Positions 33,598 through 37,652 of a stretch of 37,652 bases of DNA are shown one piece after another; within the stretch, counting starts at the first letter, position 1, and every line of letters starts with the position of its first letter. The notes beneath the pieces are model-generated. The model made no database searches. It saw only the letters and a list, made by a program, of their open reading frames with translations, and had not been told where the DNA came from. Origin of the DNA: Proteromonas lacertae (taxonomy: Eukaryota); contig NGBS01001237.1 of NCBI GenBank assembly GCA_002245135.1, positions 1 to 37,652 of the forward strand, in the 5' to 3' direction. The position numbers and the translations under genes are program-made.

Positions 33598-36500
33598 TTA
33601 CATTCTAATTCTTTCAACTCTCTTACTCATCTTGTTTATCAGTTATTGGAATTTTCTTAAGGTAGATTTAGATCTACTTCTTCTTCGGAATATTCCAGTT
33701 CTTAATAAACAAAATACAATCACTATTATCACAATTAATCCACCTGCTATTGATCCAACGACTATTCCAGCTATTGCTCCACTACTTATACTACATTCAC
33801 TTTCATCAACTACACTCCAAACACCTTTATTATTATCAGTTAATAAACATTTTCTTCTCTTCATTCCACTTTTTGCTCCTCCACATTCTATCAACACTTC
33901 TTTTCCTCCTTTCTCAGCTGGAGTTCTTGGAAATCCAGAATCAGATTCACAATATATTGCTTCAAATTCTATCTCCACTTCTACAGTCTCAATCTCTATT
34001 GATGGAGGATTTTGAATTGTAAAGGTATATTTCGTTTTTTCTACATATTCTAATGGTGATCCATATATTTCTCCAGATTTTGAATCTAAGGATAAGCCTT
34101 TAGGTAATTCTGGATTTACTGAAATTTCAAGATTTGTTCCAACTGCAACAAATAGATATACTGATTTTACTGATTCACCAAATTGGAATATTTTATTTGA
34201 TATTTTTGTTGATGGAACTATCACTGGAATATCAGGAATTGAACATGATAATATAAATGAAAATGAAACTTGTTTTCCACTTCCACTTATTAAAATTGGT
34301 ATTTACTGCATCAAAACTATTAGATATATAACCACTTATTCTTCCTTTCGAAGAATCAAATTTCAAAGTTGAGAATGGAAGATTGGGTATGATTGAATAA
34401 ACTAAATTCTTTCCAGTTATTCTTCCTAATTCTAATCCTTCATATTCTTTTCCACCTTCAATTGTTATATTATCTACATGTCTAATTATTACTGGTTCTA
34501 CAGATTCTTCAACATTTATTGTGATTGGATTGGATATTTCACAGCATCATTATAACATTTGAATGTATATGATTTATTACTTGGTGGTTCTACATTTACT
34601 TTTCCACTTATTATTCCACTATTTTCATCAAATTTTAATCCTTCAGGTAATGCTGGTTCAATTGAATATAATATAGTTTTTGCAACACATTCATATGGTT
34701 GAATATCATCATAACTCATTCCAAATATCATTATCACTTCTTTTTCATATTTTATATTATTCGTTTGATTGGTAATGTCACATTCATTTCAATTGTTATT
34801 TCAACATAATCAACTTCATTTGAAGCTGTGAATTTACTTCTCATAGAATTCTCTTCAATCACCATTCCAGAAATTAAACCACTTCTTTTGTCTAAACTCA
34901 ATCCATTTGGTATTTCATCTACACTATATTCAATATTTTCACCTATCACATAAAATAATTTCAATTCTTTTATATTCTTTACCAGCTTCTAATATCACTG
35001 ATTCATTACTCCAGATTTTTATTGGATTTTAGAAGAGTAAAACAGTTATGAATATTTCAATTGTTATACCTTCATCACTTCCGGAATAAGCAATTATTAG
35101 CTTTGAAATAAACTGGTTTTGATGATTCTTCAATATATGCTTGACCAGATATTAAACCAGTTTTATTATCTATTCTTAAGCCACTTATTTCAGGATTCAT
35201 TGAATAAAATACATCTTTCCTGAAACTGTGAATAAATCTCACATTTTCATAAAAATCACCTGCTTTGAATCTATAAAAGATTCTTTACTAATTAATGATG
35301 GACTTTCATCACATGTATTTTTCGATTTCATTCCAAAGTTTATCATTATTACAGTATAATGTTCGATTTCCTGTTATACCTGATGTTTTACATCCAATAG
35401 TTATTTCTGTTCCAGTTACAGTTTCTGGTATATTCTTCTGCAGCTTCACAATATCTTAATCGGACATAAATGGAAATTTATATCATAAACCTCAAAAAGC
35501 ACCATAACTACTTAAAGTGTTTGTTACATTGAATCTAATTGCTGAATACATAACAGAAGTAGTATAATTAGAAAATACTCTCTTTAAATTATCTGGATAA
35601 GTAATATCTTTAAAAGAACCAATTAAAATCCATTTTGAATTGTAATATCCTTCCACTGAAAATTCTCTTGGACCATTACTTTTAGAATAGGCATAAATAC
35701 TAAATTGATTGAAATATGTGTGAAAATGATCTTTATATCTCATTATTGCCCCAACCAGGGATTGTGTTACTATACCATTCTGAATTTGGATTTTCATCAA
35801 ATCCATAGGCTGCATGAAAAAGCACCGATTATTAGTATTTGTTTCAGTTACCATTTTGAGATATTTATTAAGAATCAAACAATCTTCTTTACTTCCAATT
35901 ATTCTTAATAAAGATGAACTTATTTCAGGGAAATTTTCTTCACCATTGAATTTGTGTAATTCAATCGAAATTTCAAATGGATTTTCTTCTAACCAAGGAA
36001 TTGGTAAAATGAACATTTCATCAGTTAAAACATCATATCGATTATTTGCCATTGTATCTGGAGATATTTCACCATTTGGTAAATTATTTCGAAAGATTTC
36101 TTTTCCATTCACTTTTATTATTATTCCACTTATATAACTCACTTTTAAAACAAATCCATTATATTTATCTTCATAATCAAATACATCTATCTTTCGAATA
36201 TAAATCACATTTCCAGATACTTTGTTTAATTCAGATAATTTGGATTTTGACCATGTTAAATGTTCAGCATTTGGATTATCCCAACCATCTTCATATTCAA
36301 TTGAATTTTCCCATTCTGTATTATAATCATAATCCAATGTTGAATGGAATGTCTTTTCTCTCTTATCTTCATATTTACCTAATGTTGTTCTATCCACTGG
36401 AATTCCATCAACTAATACATCTATAAAACCATTCCCATAACCTGAATACGAAGATGAGCTTCCTCTATAGACAGCAGTATAATTATCATTTAATAAACAA

Positions 36501-37652
36501 TATTCATATTCATAGATATTATCACTATCCCATCCTTCTTCTACTCCTTTTAAGTCAATTATTGAAGTTTTATTCTCATTATCCATTTCAGATGTTTTAT
36601 AAAGAGATATTCCCCAATCTTCTTGGAGTTGCTCCTTCACTACCATTGACATGAACAGTAATTAGTGATTTACATTGTTTTGAACATATTTCATTTATTG
36701 ATTCACCATAAAAATGTTAAATTCAAAAATGTTGTATTTATGCCATTAAAATTTGTTGCCACTATTTTATATTGTTGTTTTGGTGATTCTTCTGTTACTA
36801 CACCAGTTATTTCACAACTCCTTTTCATCAAAATATAAAAATGAAGGTAATTCTGGTGATATTTCACAATTTTCAACCATTTTCACCTTAGGTCTTATTT
36901 CCACTACATCATTCAAATAATATTCTTCTTTTCTATTCTTAGAATAATCTATAGTTGGAGATTTTGGAATTGTGTTTACATCAATCACACCTGATCCGTA
37001 ATATTTTGCCTCAATTACATCTGTCAGTTTTCCATCAGAGTAAAATTCAAATAAAAATGTTCCAGTCCCTCTTTGATTATCATTAAAATAAAATTTATAA
37101 TCTCCAGGAATTAGACATAAAACTGGGAAATATAATGGAGGTGATCCTTTTGGAAAAGCATAAGAAAGAATAACTGTTGTATTTGGATATTCTATATCAG
37201 TTCTAATACTCTCTCTTGGATTTATCTTATCTACTACTTTCACAAAAATGAGGTTTATATTTACCAGAACATCCACTTATTACATTTGTTATAATTTTTC
37301 GACTTACATATTCACTATTTGAATAATAAGCTCGAATTTCTAATTCATAATTATTTAAATATTCGGTTGCAACTACATTCATACTTCCACTATATTTATC
37401 ATATGTAAATCCATCAGGAATAACTGGTAATTTATAAAAAATAACAGATCCACTTTCAATACTTATCAATAAATGACTTTCATTTCCAATAAACAGATTC
37501 AATTCTTCTACTATTATTCCTTCATTATCTAAATCTTTTATATGTCTTGAGGTTTTACATCTCCTATCACTTTTATAGATATGGTTGTGTTTACTGTTGA
37601 ACCATCAGATAATTTACCATTTATCATATAAAATTTCACATCTTGAACTGTT
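33598..37652 (-). CDS. Large surface protein with putative-Ig (He_PIG/cadherin-like) repeats, jelly-roll carbohydrate-binding-like domains and C-terminal TM; 5'-truncated, many frameshifts
   Basis: Repeated PELPKGLSLDSKSGEIYGSP / PALPEGLKFDENSGIISG / IPNGLSLDKRSGLISG; VNGKEIFRNNLP..ISIELH; PREFSVEG..W; TM GAIAGIVVGSIAGGLIVIIVIVFCL followed by a basic tail. Confidence 0.8.

Overview
Very AT-rich, gene-dense eukaryotic DNA using the standard code. Many ~26-45 nt GT..AG introns, TGTTTGTT motifs just 3' of genes and a large putative-Ig surface gene suggest a Blastocystis-like stramenopile (inference). The left third is mobile DNA. (i) 1-~5487 is the right end of a Polinton/Maverick-like (MELD-virus-like) element. 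It carries an rve-type integrase, a 75-bp-repeat protein, two C4 zinc-finger-repeat genes and two genes with 30-nt host-style introns. Its putative terminus reads 5'-AGTAGC and lies beside 2.5 TTAGGG repeats. (ii) 5562-12470 is a complete CACTA/EnSpm-type transposon with 13-bp TIRs CACTATGAGAATT, a 2-bp TSD and shared subterminal repeats. It encodes a ~1145-codon transposase with an Asn-rich minisatellite and carries decayed host genes, including a NEK-like kinase. Both elements appear to interrupt the same host reading frame, 74 bp apart. The rest is host genes: an FkbM methyltransferase, a Venus-flytrap/7TM/RGS-like receptor, NOT2, a PH-domain protein, an EF-hand protein, a five-gene tandem array of mosaic type I surface proteins with a shared promoter motif, two PA-TM-RING E3 ligases, a VAT-1-like reductase, an FG-GAP repeat membrane protein and a large Ig-repeat surface protein. 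Frameshifts cluster at both window ends and may be consensus errors. All protein assignments come from motif recognition by eye, not database searches.
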